Source: Candidatus Babelota bacterium
GTDB lineage: Bacteria > Babelota > Babeliae > Babelales > JACPOV01
Reading direction: 5' to 3'
Length of the DNA: 64,000 nt
NCBI GenBank assembly: GCA_016191325.1
Contig: JACPOV010000008.1
Coordinates: 578,900 to 642,899 of the forward strand
Part shown: piece after piece, positions 63,609 through 64,000 of the stretch
Layout of the letters: each line of letters begins with the position of its first letter
Numbering within the stretch: the first letter of the stretch is position 1
Position numbers and translations under genes: made by a program
Notes under the pieces: model-generated
The model's database searches: none
The model's input: only the letters and a program-made list of their open reading frames with translations
Told to the model about the DNA's origin: nothing

Positions 63609-64000
63609 ATGCGTCGTTCCATATGGCCGCTCATTCTATTTTCATTTATTCTCGTTATACACGTTCAACAAATCGCCAATACGGTAGAAAATAACGATTT
63701 TGATAAATCAATTTATAAATATTCGCAAACACTCGGCGATGCTCTGCATAATATAAAAACAAAACATTTCAACGTACTTCAAGCCCCTGCCGACAAAGAT
63801 GCTGGATCGCCGGTTGATAAAGCAATGACGCAAGGAATTAATTCAATCGTTCGAACATTGGATCCGCATTCTGCGTTTATGGATCCTAAAGAATATAAAA
63901 GTATTATGGAGGCAACGCAGGGAGAATTTGGCGGCGTTGGGATCATCATCGATAATACCAAAGAAACGGACGATGAATTTCTGCGCGTCATCGATACCCT
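63609..64000 (+). CDS. ctp: carboxy-terminal processing (S41, tail-specific) protease, 5' partial at window edge
   Basis: Not in the ORF track because no stop falls inside the window. AAGGAG RBS before ATG 63609 and signal-like MRRSIWPLILFSFILVI. LDPHSAFMDPKEYKSIMEATQGEFGGVGIII is the S41 N-terminal pattern. Confidence 0.8.
   Translation, partial: MRRSIWPLILFSFILVIHVQQIANTVENNDFDKSIYKYSQTLGDALHNIKTKHFNVLQAPADKDAGSPVDKAMTQGINSIVRTLDPHSAFMDPKEYKSIMEATQGEFGGVGIIIDNTKETDDEFLRVIDT

Noticed and set aside
1-64000. Scan for CRISPR arrays, rRNA operons, IS transposases and prophage blocks
   Set aside because: There are no regularly spaced direct repeats with unique spacers. No 16S/23S/5S signature sequences, no transposase-like ORFs and no phage structural gene clusters were recognised. 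The repeats found are short structured elements, described separately.

Overview
This is an AT-rich, densely coding bacterial chromosomal segment with no rRNA, no CRISPR array and no recognisable prophage or IS transposase. The backbone is housekeeping: trigger-factor-like gene, trxB, rpmH-rnpA-yidD, PIN-PhoH2, thrS, nth, a Xer-type recombinase, PBP2, rpsT, rpmB, a suhB-like IMPase, ftsH, tolQ-tolR-tolA-tolB, cca, dsbD, hpf, der, dnaX preceded by an SRP RNA, ogt, rpsB, lon, a P-type ATPase, cmk, recJ, sod, ftsB, rapZ and a partial ctp. There are also tRNA-Ala(GGC) and tRNA-Ser(GGA). Between these lie many proteins that start with signal-peptide-like segments and have eukaryote-like domains: two adjacent RING-H2 proteins, two Skp1/BTB-fold plus beta-propeller paralogs, an OTU/Josephin-like cysteine peptidase, an HDAC11-like deacetylase, a cPLA2-type phospholipase and a 7-TM double PQ-loop protein. 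Two tandem ATP/ADP-translocase paralogs are also present. By inference only, this points to an obligate intracellular associate of a eukaryote, perhaps a Dependentiae/TM6-like or similar protist symbiont; taxonomy cannot be proven from this window. The top hunt results are: (1) an FtsH with two complete tandem AAA+ modules before a single M41 protease domain; (2) a dispersed, exported ubiquitin-system mimicry set (RING E3-like, Skp1/BTB-propeller adaptor-like, DUB-like); (3) a membrane-anchored NtrC-type regulator whose AAA+ motifs (Walker A, Walker B, GAFTGA) are all degenerate; (4) several families of GC-rich structured repeats, including a long palindromic MITE-like element in two copies, a covarying stem-loop element directly 3' of both tRNAs, and an 84-nt in-frame palindrome-bearing insertion in the IMPase gene; (5) a small-gene cluster with a frameshifted fragment and two tandem paralogs that resembles a decayed toxin/immunity locus. 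All homology calls come from motif recognition by eye, with no searches run.
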